Positions 25,101 through 38,100 of a stretch of 64,000 bases of DNA are shown one piece after another. How positions within the stretch are numbered: position 1 is the first letter of the stretch; each line of letters starts with the position of its first letter. The stretch comes from Acanthaster planci. Lineage: Eukaryota. The position numbers were made by a program, and so were the translations under genes. The stretch is from assembly GCF_001949145.1 (NCBI RefSeq), contig NW_019091355.1, forward strand, positions 1,492,546 through 1,556,545. The letters run 5' to 3'. Below the pieces are notes generated by a model. That model saw nothing but the letters and a program-made list of their open reading frames with translations, searched no databases and was not told where the DNA came from.

Positions 25101-28100
25101 CGCGAAGCATTACTGACGCCTGTCATTGATTTGATTCTCATGTTCATGCACCTTGCTTCATTATTTCAACGTCTGATGTTTCATTTCCAATTACGCCCCG
25201 ACGTAAATGATGAAGGTTTCATAATTTACAGCAACGAATGTTCCCCTGAATTCTGGTCAGGCAGTATATTTGACAAGCTTGACAAATCTAGGATAAAAGA
25301 AGTATTTCCGTCGTAATTGACAAGTCATATATTGTCCGTTGACTTATGCGACATGTGCTCTCCAAAACTACAAGTGCTGAATGAATAGCAAAAGGCCAAA
25401 TACACATATAATCGATCATGGCAAACACTCCCAAAACTGTGATGCCCAGTAAAGCCTAATAGCTGTACTGTTAGTTGAAGCTTAACTTTGCGATGACGTC
25501 GGTGTTCTGCATATCCCGTCTCGGTCATTCCATAATTTCCATTAGTAGAGAAAACTGATAGGGTCCAGAAAAAAAGAAATACATTAAGAAAACTGATATA
25601 AAAAACTGATGGGGCAAAAAGGGACATTTCAGGGACTTCCTGACAAAAAGTAAATCCTTTCATTACAAAGGTTTTATCTGAGAAGGACGTCGATTCGGCC
25701 GTTGGCATTATCTTGTTAATAACAGATGGGCAGGAGAATGAAAAGCCGTTCGTAGCTGACGTCATGGACGACATCGTAGAGTCAAAGGTCATTGTCTACA
25801 CACTTGCCTTCACTCAAGCCGCAGACCACATTTTGCCGAAACTGTCAGAAGCAACAGGTACATGTACATGTCACTAATATCTCCCCAGTTGATGATACGA
25901 ATATAGAGGTTGTGCATGGCAGCCATCTTTCCGGCAACTGCTTTGGTCGCGGAGGGATAGTACAAAAGATCTACTCATATGTATCCCTGTGGAATAAAAG
26001 CTCTTACCGGAAAAATGGCTGACAGATTACATAGCGACCGATTCAAATCAACATCCGAGGTGTATATCATGTAGTCTAAAAGTTAAGGCTACATAAAAAA
26101 GCTGGTGACCCCCCCACCCCCACCCTCTGGCGCCTTTCCGGGATATTGATTCCACTTCACAGAGTTACAGCACCGTGACCCTCTCTCAGAAAACCTCTCA
26201 TTTTCGCTTGACTATACAACCCCAATCTCTTGTGTAAAATCCTTTACACAAAGGAGAAATCCTTTCGTAAAGACGATAAATAAAGCTTATTTCATTGAAG
26301 AAACTGCTCTTTTTTTAATGTTTGCCAATCCAGCAAAGATGCACAGTATGTTGAACTGGAAAAAAAAGTCCTCGCACCCCGAGATTTTTTAAAGGACTCT
26401 CACCATATTTTTATGCGGCCTAAACAAATAATAAGTTGAATTACCGTTACGTTAGAAAAACGGTAAAGTAATAATAATCATGATCGATCATGGTTATTAT
26501 TACTTCCCCGTTCTCTAATAAAAAGACCAATGAATTGAAACGACATATAGGCGAGGGCGCAAACCAGCAACCTAATAAGTAAATCACAAAAGTTCTCTAC
26601 ACTAAGAAAAAATAAATATGCCAGGGTTGATAAGAAGAACGGTTAGTGATTATCTAAAAATGAAAAGATTAGTTTACGGGTAGTGGCCATTTTAAAATGA
26701 ATATATCAGACTCGATATTTTTCCAATTCGTTTTAGGTGGAAAAGCGTACTTCTATTCAAACGACGGTGGTTCTGAGTCCAACGCTCTAGATGAGGCGTT
26801 TGCTGCCACCATGCAAAGAGGTGGCGTGGGTGATGCCGATAAACGCGTGCAGGTGAGGTTGCCAAATGAAGACAAAGCACAAAGTAAATATTTGTTGGTG
26901 ATTTAAAAAGATTTTTCGAATTATTTAAGTTCTTCTCGAAAACCATGTGAAGTCATTTTCGACACGTCCTTTGTGATTGCAGTATCATTGCTAAGCTTTG
27001 TGCAATTATTTAACGAGGTTTTTTCCTTGTAACTAGGTCCAATTTGCCTGTTTCTGTGTGATCCACAGAGAGTGCTTTAAAGTGATAATTTCTTGTGGTT
27101 TCTTTAGTTGGTGGGGACGTCTTGGACTTTAGCAAGCAAAGAGGCAAGAACTGGTAGCGTTTTCCTGGACAGCACCTTGGGCAGAAACACAGAGTTTGTT
27201 TTCTCCTGGACAACGGCAAATGTCTTGGGTACGTTGAATACGTTTTATACCACGAGCTGTAACGTTGACAGTATTGGAACTGAAACAGCTTCGTTCACAT
27301 GTTTTTGCCTCTTCACATTTTTTTCTGCACAATCCAGCCATCAGTGTGAGCATCAAACATCGTAATGGGAGTTTCATCAACTGCTCCAACGACTGCTCTA
27401 ATCTCTCCTTCAGAATCCTGTCGGTGTCGATTCCAGGACAGGCTAAGGTAGGAAACGGAGACTAATAAACACGTCGAGGCAATTATGCAATGAGAAGTCG
27501 GCACTTGTCGAAAATTGTCGTTTCGAGCTCTTATACAGCACTGGACCTGAAACCACGCTCTTTTTAGAAGTGGATTCATATTTTCAACAATCATCAGGTT
27601 TTTCAACAGGTATGATACAAACAAGCTTTGTTAGCATTAACTTTATTGTAAAAAAAACACCCTGAGACTTGAAGTCACATCTCCTCAGGTTAGCTGCAGG
27701 AAAACTTGTAGTAAGACCTGCCTGTTATACCAGTGTATAAAAGTATAGTAGGAGGATCCAAGATATCAAAAGATGGTAACCTCTAAACAGAATTGCACGT
27801 AAGGGCGATTTAACCTTGTACATTTGTCTTCTTTGCTTTGAACTGTTCTTTCTTCTTTACACCTCAGGCTGGGCTCTGGGAATTCACGGTGTTTAACCTC
27901 CTCACATCGACTGAAGAGGTGACAATCACCATTTCGTCTCACCCAGCCAGCGATGACGTAGAGCCCATCATTGTGACGTCAGAGCTGAGTGATTCCATCG
28001 CGGCGTTTGCTTCAGGCGAGCCCCTGGTGGCCTATGCAGAGGTCCGTCAGGGTTTTAGCCCAATGATTTACGCCAACGTCTGGGCAACGATCGAAAGACC

Positions 28101-30192
28101 GGGAGGGTACGATCCGATCAAAATGCAACTACTTGACAATGGTGCAGGTATATGCAATTGCCACAGACATGTAATGCCCAATCTAACGCTGATGTGTACA
28201 AGTCATCGGCAATTTGTTTAGACTTATGTAAGAACTCCCATTGTCATAGGCGCCGACGTATCCAGCTTTTGGTTTCGGGGGGCAAATCCAAAAGCAAAGG
28301 CTGCTTCGGGCTAATTCAACCAGGCAAAAAAAATCGAAAAGCCTTTATACTCACGGTGCCTACATCCTTGCTTTTATTTGCTGGTGTTGTTTTCTTAGGG
28401 TTTTGGTGCTAATATTTGATACTTAAAATATACCGATTACCTTCTTTCCTACGCACCATATCAATTATTCTTTTTTTTAAAAATACGTCAGGTGGGCGTG
28501 GGCGAGTGCCCCCCCCGCATACGCCACTGGCTATAGGGGCGACCTACAAGTAAGAACAAGATGACAGGTTTGTACGTTGCAGTGTAGCGCAGAATACGCA
28601 ACCGGTTGTAATTTTCCATTGAGGGAGCAAAAGCCTTATGGCAAAAACATGGCAGATTCGTCAGATCCCGTCAAACATTTGGTACACAGGCACAAGATTA
28701 AGGCGTCACGAGAAACATTAATTTGGAGCAATAGCCATATTAGTGCTGCAAAGTACTGTGGTGTTGAAGAAGAAGTCACTTCTGAATGCTGGCACATGCA
28801 ACAAAATCGCCTGCTGCCAGGTGGGAAAGTTGTTGTCTTGTCACAAACCTGTAGGTCCAACTCTGCCGTTGTATGCTGAGTTTTCTTTGGTTCCCAGTGA
28901 CTTTCCTGCCTTGACAAAAAGGCCTGTCTCATTCTGTCTCTGCCATCATTATTATAGGAGCAGATGTGACGAAGAATGACGGAGTGTACTCGCGATACTT
29001 CACCGAGGTCACAGGAGTCGGTTACTACGGTGTCAAGATCGACGTAGATAATAACAACGGCAACGCCATCATCATTGACTCGGTTCCCTTCTCGAAATCT
29101 CGACCCATCGTGGACCCAGACAAAGCGTTTGATCTGCCCGATATAGGTAAAACCTACGGTTTTCCCACGCTCATTATTTGACTCTTATGTGCCGATTTTC
29201 GTGCTAAATCCGAAGCTTTCAGTGGGCTCAAAACTGTCAGGAATCAAAGCTGTTACTTTTAAAATGTTGTTTCTATTAAACGGATTTCTTTCCTTTCTGG
29301 TTTCCTCTTTTGCAGGTGGAGTGAAGATTCCCTTACCCGGTACTCCTCCAGTGGAGCCAACAGGCAAGCCCGCCCCTGCATTCAGCCGCGGTGTCTCCGG
29401 CGGATCCAGCCGAGTAGACGATGTACCTCCAGGTTTCTCACCCGGTGACGACCTGTTCCCACCTGGAGATGTCCTGGACCTCAAGGTCACCAACTCCTCC
29501 TTCACGGAGGCGACCGTGACGTTGGCTTGGACAGCTCCAGGTGCTGACCTCGACAACGGTGCAGGTAAAATGTAATATTTCTTTTTCTCCGAAAGATCTG
29601 TTCAGGTCTTTGAACACGATTGTTCCTAACATCCGAATTGTGGTTTTACACGGATATTACAAATGCTGATACATGTAATGTAAACGTTTCTCTCCCAGCC
29701 TCCTGGTATGAAGTCATCCGTGCTGAGTCTATCCAGGCCTGGCAGAACGACTCCACTCCGGATTCCCATTTGATCCTCAACTCCAGCCACATCCTGCAGG
29801 GGAACCTCTCTGCGCCTCAGGAGTTCGGCGACGAAGAGGAGTTAGTGGTCCTCGTGCCGGTACCGGAGGGCGCCACCGTGGCCTCGTACGCGTTCGTGCT
29901 ACGGGCTTTCGACGACGCCGGGAAATCGTCCGGGTTCTCCAACGCCGTGCAGGCAGTGCTCCGGGAGTACATCCCCGGACCATTGCCCCCGCCCGTGGTG
30001 ACTGAAGTTCCACCTGACAGAGGGCTCCAGCCGTGGCAGATTGCCCTGATTGCGGTCGGTGGCATCATGGCCGTTCTTCTCCTACTGGGGATTATTATCT
30101 TCATGTCAGGTACTCGACTGCAGAGAAAACTTGTGAAAAGCGCTAAAGGGAGGGATAATCGTTCATATGTCCAAGAAGAAAAAGAATTTTAG
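22117..30192 (+). CDS. CLCA: CLCA-like copy B, complete, 15 exons, ~1001 aa, C-terminal TM helix
   Basis: Exons: 22117-22299, 22650-22941, 23324-23456, 23744-23918, 24049-24181, 24380-24495, 24841-25068, 25671-25857, 26737-26852, 27108-27228, 27338-27447, 27868-28147, 28958-29146, 29316-29564, 29699-30192 (sum 3006 nt). Motifs: HEWGHFRWGLFDEY, DTSGS MIDAS, DNGAGADVTKNDGVYSRYF, FPPGDVLDL..LAWTAPGADLDNG (FnIII), TM IALIAVGGIMAVLLLLGIIIFM. Confidence 0.93.
28251..28529. mobile_element. hAT-like MITE family 2 copy, in CLCA-B intron 12
   Basis: Ends are CGCCGACGTATCCAG ... GCATACGCCACTG; 8-bp flanks GTCATAGG / GCTATAGG. Confidence 0.6.
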
Positions 30193-31542
30193 ATGTTTTT
30201 AAATGAAATCACTTTCATAAAATTTATGGGCAGTCGTTGGTAAATGACGTCGTCTTGAACCGACTAAATTTCAAGCAAAGGGGTAATTAGTTACATGCAT
30301 TGGGTAAAAGTTTCTTTTATTTACAAAATTATGAAAAGGTGTACTTTCTTCAATATTTCAATATGAACCTGTCTGAGTTTTAATACAAAATTGTATGGTT
30401 GACCTCTGAGACGCACCGTATGGGGGCAGGCAGCTAACATACCGGCCCTTTTCTATTATAGTTTAGGCGAGTGTATGCATTTCTAAAATGATTCCAACTG
30501 CTTAAAATGGCACCAAGCATCTTAAACTCAGCTGTTTTGATTAGTTTGATGTCCGGGTTGCATGCATGCAACCTAGAAAGGAAAAGGAAGTTTTATACCC
30601 CCCCAACAAGTCCAATCCCTATACACACCCCAGCCTATTGTCACTTAACATGTCCCCCCTAGATGTCTGAAAAGAATTCCTGAGATACCAGTATAACAAT
30701 GACCAACACAAAGGCGGGGGGTCTCTCAGTCCCATAGTTTGCTTCATATGGGACGTTTTGCGTAAATGGTCGATAAAATGCCCAGATTTGTATAAGTGTC
30801 AGCTTTCGTAAAAAAAATGTAACCAATAAATAAATGCAAATGCCAGCTTCTTCCATTGTGTCTGTTTTCCTTTTATGAGTGTCTCTGTTCTGGAATCATT
30901 TTGCGCAGGGCTAGAAAATACCATACTTATAGCTTGTATTATTAGATTGACCAGTATTGTCTACCTTTAAAGGAGAAAATTATTCGCTACGTTTATTCCT
31001 TGGTCCTTTTACGAAAAAACTGCAAGGAAAAACAAAAACAGAAAATACACGGAAATTAAAGCAAAGCTGAAAGCAAAACAAAACAAAAAGATTGACAAAC
31101 ATGATAAAATAAAAAAACACACATGATTGAAACTGAAAATGTTGTTAATTATCACAATAAAAGATTTGGTTTTACAGGAATAAATCATCATTTTAGGTGG
31201 ATGAAACACGTCTGGATAAATCAAGTACAATATAAAAACAAAGCTCTGAACAAAGCTCTGGACAAACCTTTTGTTTACAAAAAGACTCCAGATCTAATTA
31301 AACGCTTTTATTGAAAATTAAGCGCTCTTATTATGGAGTGATTCCCGTCAAAATCAGCGAAAGCGTTCATTTCTTTTTGGAACGGTGCACTGGCTTTATT
31401 CGTGGAAAACTGCACTTTTGGAGGTCCTGTTACTTTATGGCTGCCTGAACAGGGTTTTCATATGCAGGCAGTAAGAATGGTCATGCGTTTACTTTCTTGT
31501 TCATTCACAAGTTTGAAGCTGCATAACGAAATGAACTGTGAT

Positions 31543-31777
31543 CAGCGGCGTATCGATATCCAGAATGCGGCTTCGGGCTCATTCAACATGATGTCGGGGG
31601 ACAAAACATAATCAAAACCCTGACTCGTGGTCCCGACATCCGTGCTTATATTTGTTAGCTTTGTTTTCTTAGGGTTTCGCGGTTAAAATTTGATAGACAG
31701 AATATGATTATTAATATATCATTACAAAACCGAGGGGGGAGCAAGTTGCCCCTTGCCTGCCGCTGGATACGTCACTG
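31543..31777. mobile_element. hAT-like MITE family 2 copy
   Basis: Ends are CAGCGGCGTATC ... GGATACGTCACTG; 8-bp flanks ACTGTGAT / ACTGCGAC (decayed TSD). Confidence 0.65.
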
Positions 31778-34700
31778 ACTGCGACAGATGCAAAGTTAGT
31801 ATTTTTTCAAAGATGCCTTGTGCGTTTAGTGGTGTAGGTATTTTAGAATGGGTAACCTTTGCTGCATGCTCATATTTTGACCATGTCAGTCAGGCGGAAA
31901 GGTTTCCAGTCCAAAGTAAGTCCAATAAAATTTTGAATATTTTCGTTGTCGTTCATCTCCGGGAATCGTAGGTACATGGCCACTTTTGGCCGAGGGATAA
32001 AGTATACTATCATTTCGTTGAACTATAGGAATACATTGGTGAAGAAAGTTTCAAGAAATGTTTTCAAATGGAATTCTTTTTAATATGAAACAAGGTCATC
32101 TCAAGACAGACATATACCAGACATGTTCCAACAGCTTGTATTTTGGCCTGGGCTTTCGTGTGTAAGTCTTTAAAGGTTTCATCATTTGGGGCGATAGTTT
32201 AATGCGATTTTTGTCCTTGTGAACGTGTCTACTCTAAATTAAGAGATCACTTAAAGATAATCATGGGCTTCCGAGTTCCGCTCGTTGGTGCGTGTGTGAA
32301 GGCGTGTGTGTGTGTTTTGTTTGGTTGGTTGGTTGGTTTTTTTTTAATAAATATATAATTTTAATATACTACCATTTTCGGATGTAAGCCGCAGTTTATA
32401 CATTGATTCTTACGCGGGAAATATCTCTGCGATTTATAATGAACTGCGAGCGGGTTATACGGCAACGTTTAAAGAATGAAATCAGTCAGTAAACGCCGCT
32501 CCATGCCTCAGCGCAGCCTAACTCGGACCGCCGCCGCGGCTGGCCAGCCCACGCGTACCAGCGGCGCAGCGAAGCGTTCCGGGCGCGGGGACAAGGCAGT
32601 CATGACATTGGTTGCCGTTTACATTGGCTCTACTCACCTGTTGGAAATGAAGGAAACCAGTCCAGAAAGACCAAATAGACTTGTAACTGCCCGGTAAGTA
32701 TCGTTCGCACCTCACATAGGCGTATTGTGTGGTAGGCCTACGTCTGTTTGTTTTTGTCTTTTACGGTGGTGTAATCTATGTTGTCAATCATTTTACTGGT
32801 CTTAAAAACAATTGCTGCATGGCCCACCCAGCGAGGACTCAGGACACTCATCCAGACTACTAAAATTGGTATTTTTGAGGACTCGAGAAAGATAAGGCGT
32901 AATGAAAATACTCGTTCGTGCGCTGCCTCTCGTTACAATTGAAGAATGCCCCCCGGAAAGTGGCGGGGACCCTATGGGCACTTCAACATTTTTTTTCCGA
33001 AGTGCAAAATGAAATGGCCCCTAAATATTTTTTTACCACTTTTAGTTAGGTGAGTGGAGGTAATAATGATTTACTAGAATTTATCACTTTTTTTAGAACT
33101 TCTGAAATTTTTGTGGGATTTTCTGAGATTTTTTTATTAATAACGTTCATATCATTCGCTCGCCGTCACCCAGCGCCAGATTCAAGGTGCTGAGTGAAGA
33201 GCAAATTCATTACCAGGCCAATTTACAATACGCCGTGAATATTGCAACTGAAGTAAGGGGTCTACACAAGTCTTACATGCATCCTTCGGTTCGCGACAAT
33301 CATGGAACTTGTTTGATGTTGTGCTCCAAAGGACATTATGACAGGCCTTTGTATAAAAACATGTGTTCACAGTGCCCTAATTTCCACTTTTGGGTTTGAC
33401 GAACCCCCCCCTCCAGTCTCTGGTCAGGCAACGGGCCTGGGTAGCTCCTTTATTTGCACAATATGGCTACTTATTGAAACAAAAGATTACATGGTAGTGT
33501 TATCGTTATCATCTTCCATGATCGCCATGCAGGACATGTTGGTAACACTTCATATCTTGTCGGTGATGCGCGTGTTGTCATATGCCAACAGATTTAACGG
33601 GCCGATTGTCTCTAGCTTCGAGGCAGTCGATAGACAAATTGTCCGTTAGCACCATCTTACTCGGAGGCTAGGTGTAGGCTAGCGGGAGAGTTCCAGTTTC
33701 ACAGTCGTAGAACGAATCCTGTCACCAGTGTTCAAGTCTGTAAGTCTTGTCCATTAAATGTCTTTTTTCGTTTGTGTTTGATCATGGAACTGTATTTAAT
33801 ATCTCTTCAATGCCTCTTCGACCAGAGTGTTTACTTCTCAAAGTATGCGTCTCAGAAGGCGTAGAGCATTCGTTGGAGTGAGGTACCTACACATCTGTCT
33901 CTATTCCTCGTGATAACAAGCACCTTGGGACGAAACCTGAACAAACAATGAACAGCTATTCGATTTCAAATCCCCGATTCTCTTTCATTCCTGGTTTTAA
34001 AGTCTTGAACTTATGCCTTAGCTCGCCCTGTTCATACCTATGGCAGAGATTATCAAAACCGTTAAATAGTTCTCAATTGTCGAATCAAGGATCAAGAGTA
34101 AATTTAAGTCAGTACAAGATATCCATTTAGTTTTGGGCCTCACATTGACTGATATGAAATATCCACCTCTTCTCGTTCTCGCCTAGGTCTTGGGCATAGA
34201 TTCCAGGGCACTCAGAGCCTTAGATTCAGGTTGAGTATTAAGCGATTTGGATATGGTTTGGCTCAATCAAACCCTTTCGTATATCTTGTTCAAATTTTGA
34301 GCGGGAAGCACGAGGAGCACAGACATCAAAGCAAGCGAGAGAACTTCGCCACAGATTCAAGTTTCTACATGGATCCTATCGGACAATCGAAACGCACCCA
34401 ACACGTGCACCCTTGACGACAATGATATTAAGCCAATGACGTGTGGTTAAATGTCACATGTAATTTATGTTCTAGCTTTTCGGTCTCTGTGTGGACAGAT
34501 GATCTTTGCTTGATAGTACAAATCACAGCGGAAAATACTTTAGTGGTTGCGTCAGTGGCAAGCACAAGGCAACCGTTATCTTTACCTTGGCGTAGAATGA
34601 ACGGACATAGTTGACGACAAAAGTATGTGGCCACAGTAAGGCCCCTACTGCACCCACCTTGTGGCTTCAAGAGGTTCTAGAACGCAGATGGATATTTGTG

Positions 34701-35107
34701 GATCCTTAATTTTTGAATAAGGCAGCAAGATGTTTGGTCAAAACTGTCTTGATACGCGTCCCCACTCCATAAAAATTCTCCGACTCCTCAAACATGATAA
34801 CTTAATGTTTCAAGAACTGCGTGCCGAATAATCGTGGTGTGCTCGTAATGTTGTCACAAAGTTATTTGCGATTGTTGTGTATTGTTATTAATAACTAATC
34901 ATTCTTTACAAATGGAAATTTGATTACACATCCTCTGGCCAATTCTCATAGGAGGAGTCAGCAATGGCTGCACAAGATTATGTTGGGATTTTTCCTTTTA
35001 ACCCTTTTCCCCATTTTTCCGTATTAGTGCTCTGTGTATGTCCGAACGTCCACGCTAACAGCAAAACCAGATATCCAATTTTATGAACGTTTTTTCCAGA
35101 AGTAAAA

Positions 35108-38100
35108 ATGGGCCTCCAGACGGCCGTAGTGACTTTGGCTGCCCTACTATTGGTTCATTCAAACGTAGACGCTCTGACCAGGCCCTCGTCGATCAGACTG
35201 AAAAACAACGGTTACACAGGTATCGTGGTTGCCATTCACAGCAGTGTCGCAGAGAGTGATGAACTGATCGAACGGATTAAGGTAGGCTACCATAATACGA
35301 GCAGAGTGGACGAAGACAAAGGATGAACATTTAAAGTTTCAAACATTAGCTATTTAACTATGAGTTCTGCATTGGTACAAGTCCTGAACTCCTCCATGTG
35401 GTTTTCTTATAAGCTCTCCTGTTACACTTTAACTGTACATGATACAAAATAGGTATGAGGACAAAACCTAGAGAAAGGCACTAAATTTACATAGGCCTCG
35501 ACCTCAAGCCCAAAACATTAATGGAAATCAAGAAGTCGTCGCTGTGGATGTTGACCCACGGGCTGTTTTAAAACACTTCTTTCCAAATCTCCCTTTTTCA
35601 ATCCACAGTACATGTTCACCGAGGGGTCCAAGTACCTGTACGAAGCCACACGCAAACGCGCTTACTTCAAGGAAGTCACCATTTTGGTGCCCAAATCATG
35701 GACGCCCAAGCCAGAGTACCAGTTGCCTGGCAACGTGACATTCGACTACGCTGATGTCATCGTGGCGCCGCCCAATCCTCGCTGGGCCCCGCTACAGTAC
35801 ACCAAGCAGTACCAGGGGTGCGGGGAGCAGGGAATCCATATCCATTTCTTGGATACCTTCCTATCAGATCCCAATACGGAATTGTATTACGGTCCTCTTG
35901 GTAAATAGACACGAGAATTAGACACTGATAAAGAGATTAATCCGAAACGTCGCTAGAAAAGAGTTAATCATTTTATTCCGTTGACATTTCTGTAGAGCAA
36001 CAGTTTAATGTGATGAGGTATCATACATATAATGAGTCTCAACTTACAATATTTTCACTTACAACTTTTAAAATACATAATTGTTCTTGTGGGAGCTCTG
36101 ACTGTAGATGCCACCGCCATTTGTTTGGACCTGCAGGGCGCATGTTAGTGCATGAGTGGGGTCATTTTCGATGGGGGTTATTCGACGAGTACCCGGATGC
36201 TGTCGGTGACCCAGACAACTATCAAGAGTTCTACTTTTCACCAATCACCAGTCAGTTTGAAGGAGTCAGGTCAGTTATATCAAACTGACTTCCTTTTGTG
36301 CAACTCCCGCCCTTCTCGAAAACCTCGAAAACTGTTCCTATTCCCCTTCCATGAATTTTTCCTTGCCATGATGAGCTTGTTCTGAGGACCCTTTTCAGTT
36401 TTATTCCAATAATTTCAATGTCCCTTTTCTTTAGCACAACGATAATATCAACTTAGGCAGACGCTTCGACGTTACAGCTGCTTCCACAAACAAAGTTTCC
36501 CGAATACTGCGATTTGATTGTGGCCACTCGCACATTCTTTGAGTGGTGTTGTGTTCATTTAGTGATTGATATCTAGTAAAAGACAGATTTGTGGGCATGA
36601 TAGCAACTCCAAAATGTGAGGATAATGCGAAAAGCATTAAAAAAAAAACCGTAGCACCATGAGATGCCGCGAAAAAGCGTGGAACTTGTAAACTTAGGAA
36701 AAGATGACAAAAGAACCTGAAGAAAAAGTTTCCTTCATTAATGTCAGAGTCATGGAACATTGCCCAAGTGTGTATAGTGTAATCGTCTAATGCCTGACCC
36801 AATACACAGGTGTTCCTATGATTACCAGGCCGTCCCTCTCATCTTCTTCCCGGACAACTTGTTCTATCGGGAATGTAATGGCGATCCCGACATTGGGTAC
36901 GAGGATGGCTGCGTGTATTACGTATTGGTTAATCAAGATGACGTCAGATCTTCCATTATGTACGGCACTTACCCCCTTGAGCCAGTGAGTTGATTGCGTT
37001 TTCTATAAGGGTTTTAAAAACTGCGTCTTCCAGCAGGACAAACCTGAAGGTTTGTCTTTGTTTAAGCGCGCTACTTACAACTTTTCTCAGATTTTATATT
37101 CATTCTACTTTCAGGACATGGTATAACGCATTCTCGACAGTGCTAAAAGATTCGAATATCATCATCTTTTTCTACCTTCAAATAACTTTTGTGATTTTTA
37201 CAAATGAATCGACTTTGTCTGTTGCCGTAACGACAGGCTGCAAAAGTCAGCTACCAACATTCTATAACGAAGGCCTTTGAATCGTTTCGTCAAAATCACA
37301 AAACCTCTAGTCACTACTTTTGAACTTTAGTAAAAAGAAAATATTGATGTAGGTTTGTGTTATCCATATGGTCGCTCACTTTGCAGATTGCCAACTTTTG
37401 CGATGGCAACGAGGATGATGAATCCAATTTACACAATCGAGAGGCACCTAACAAGCACAATCGCCTTTGCGGACGTCGGAGTAATTGGGAAGTCTTGCGA
37501 GGTCACGAGGACTTCCGAGGTATATTAGTTTTTGAGCTATCACCCCATAAAAAACGATACACCACACTGAAGGTAATATTAGTTTAATAGCCGGCCGCAA
37601 GATCAGAGATCAACCAAATTTACTGACAGTTAACCACCAACCATTAGCAAGTGATCAGTCCCCCACTCAAAAACTAAGGGTTTTGCATTGTTCATATTCC
37701 GTTGCATTAGCTCTTATATTTGGCCACTAAAAACAACGTTCGCTAGGGATTCTAACAATGGTGTGTCTAAAATATTCAACATGTGTGTTCTGTTTTGCTT
37801 GGAATTGTTTGTGTTTGCAGAAGGCAACAATCCACCAGGAAATATGACTGAGTCTGATCTGTTACCCAAATTCACCATCGTCCAACACCGAGATATCCGT
37901 GTTGTTCTTTTGATGGATACGTCTGGGAGCATGACTGTAAGTTTAGCCCATGAATATCTCGATGCTTTTGCCATGTCACTCTTAGAACAGATGTAGTTAA
38001 ACCTTGTCTCGCACTGCAGACGGACAACCGTTTCGAAAAGATGATCAGCTCTTCGGCCAACTACATCTCTTCCATCGTCACAGACGGCAGCTACATTGGC

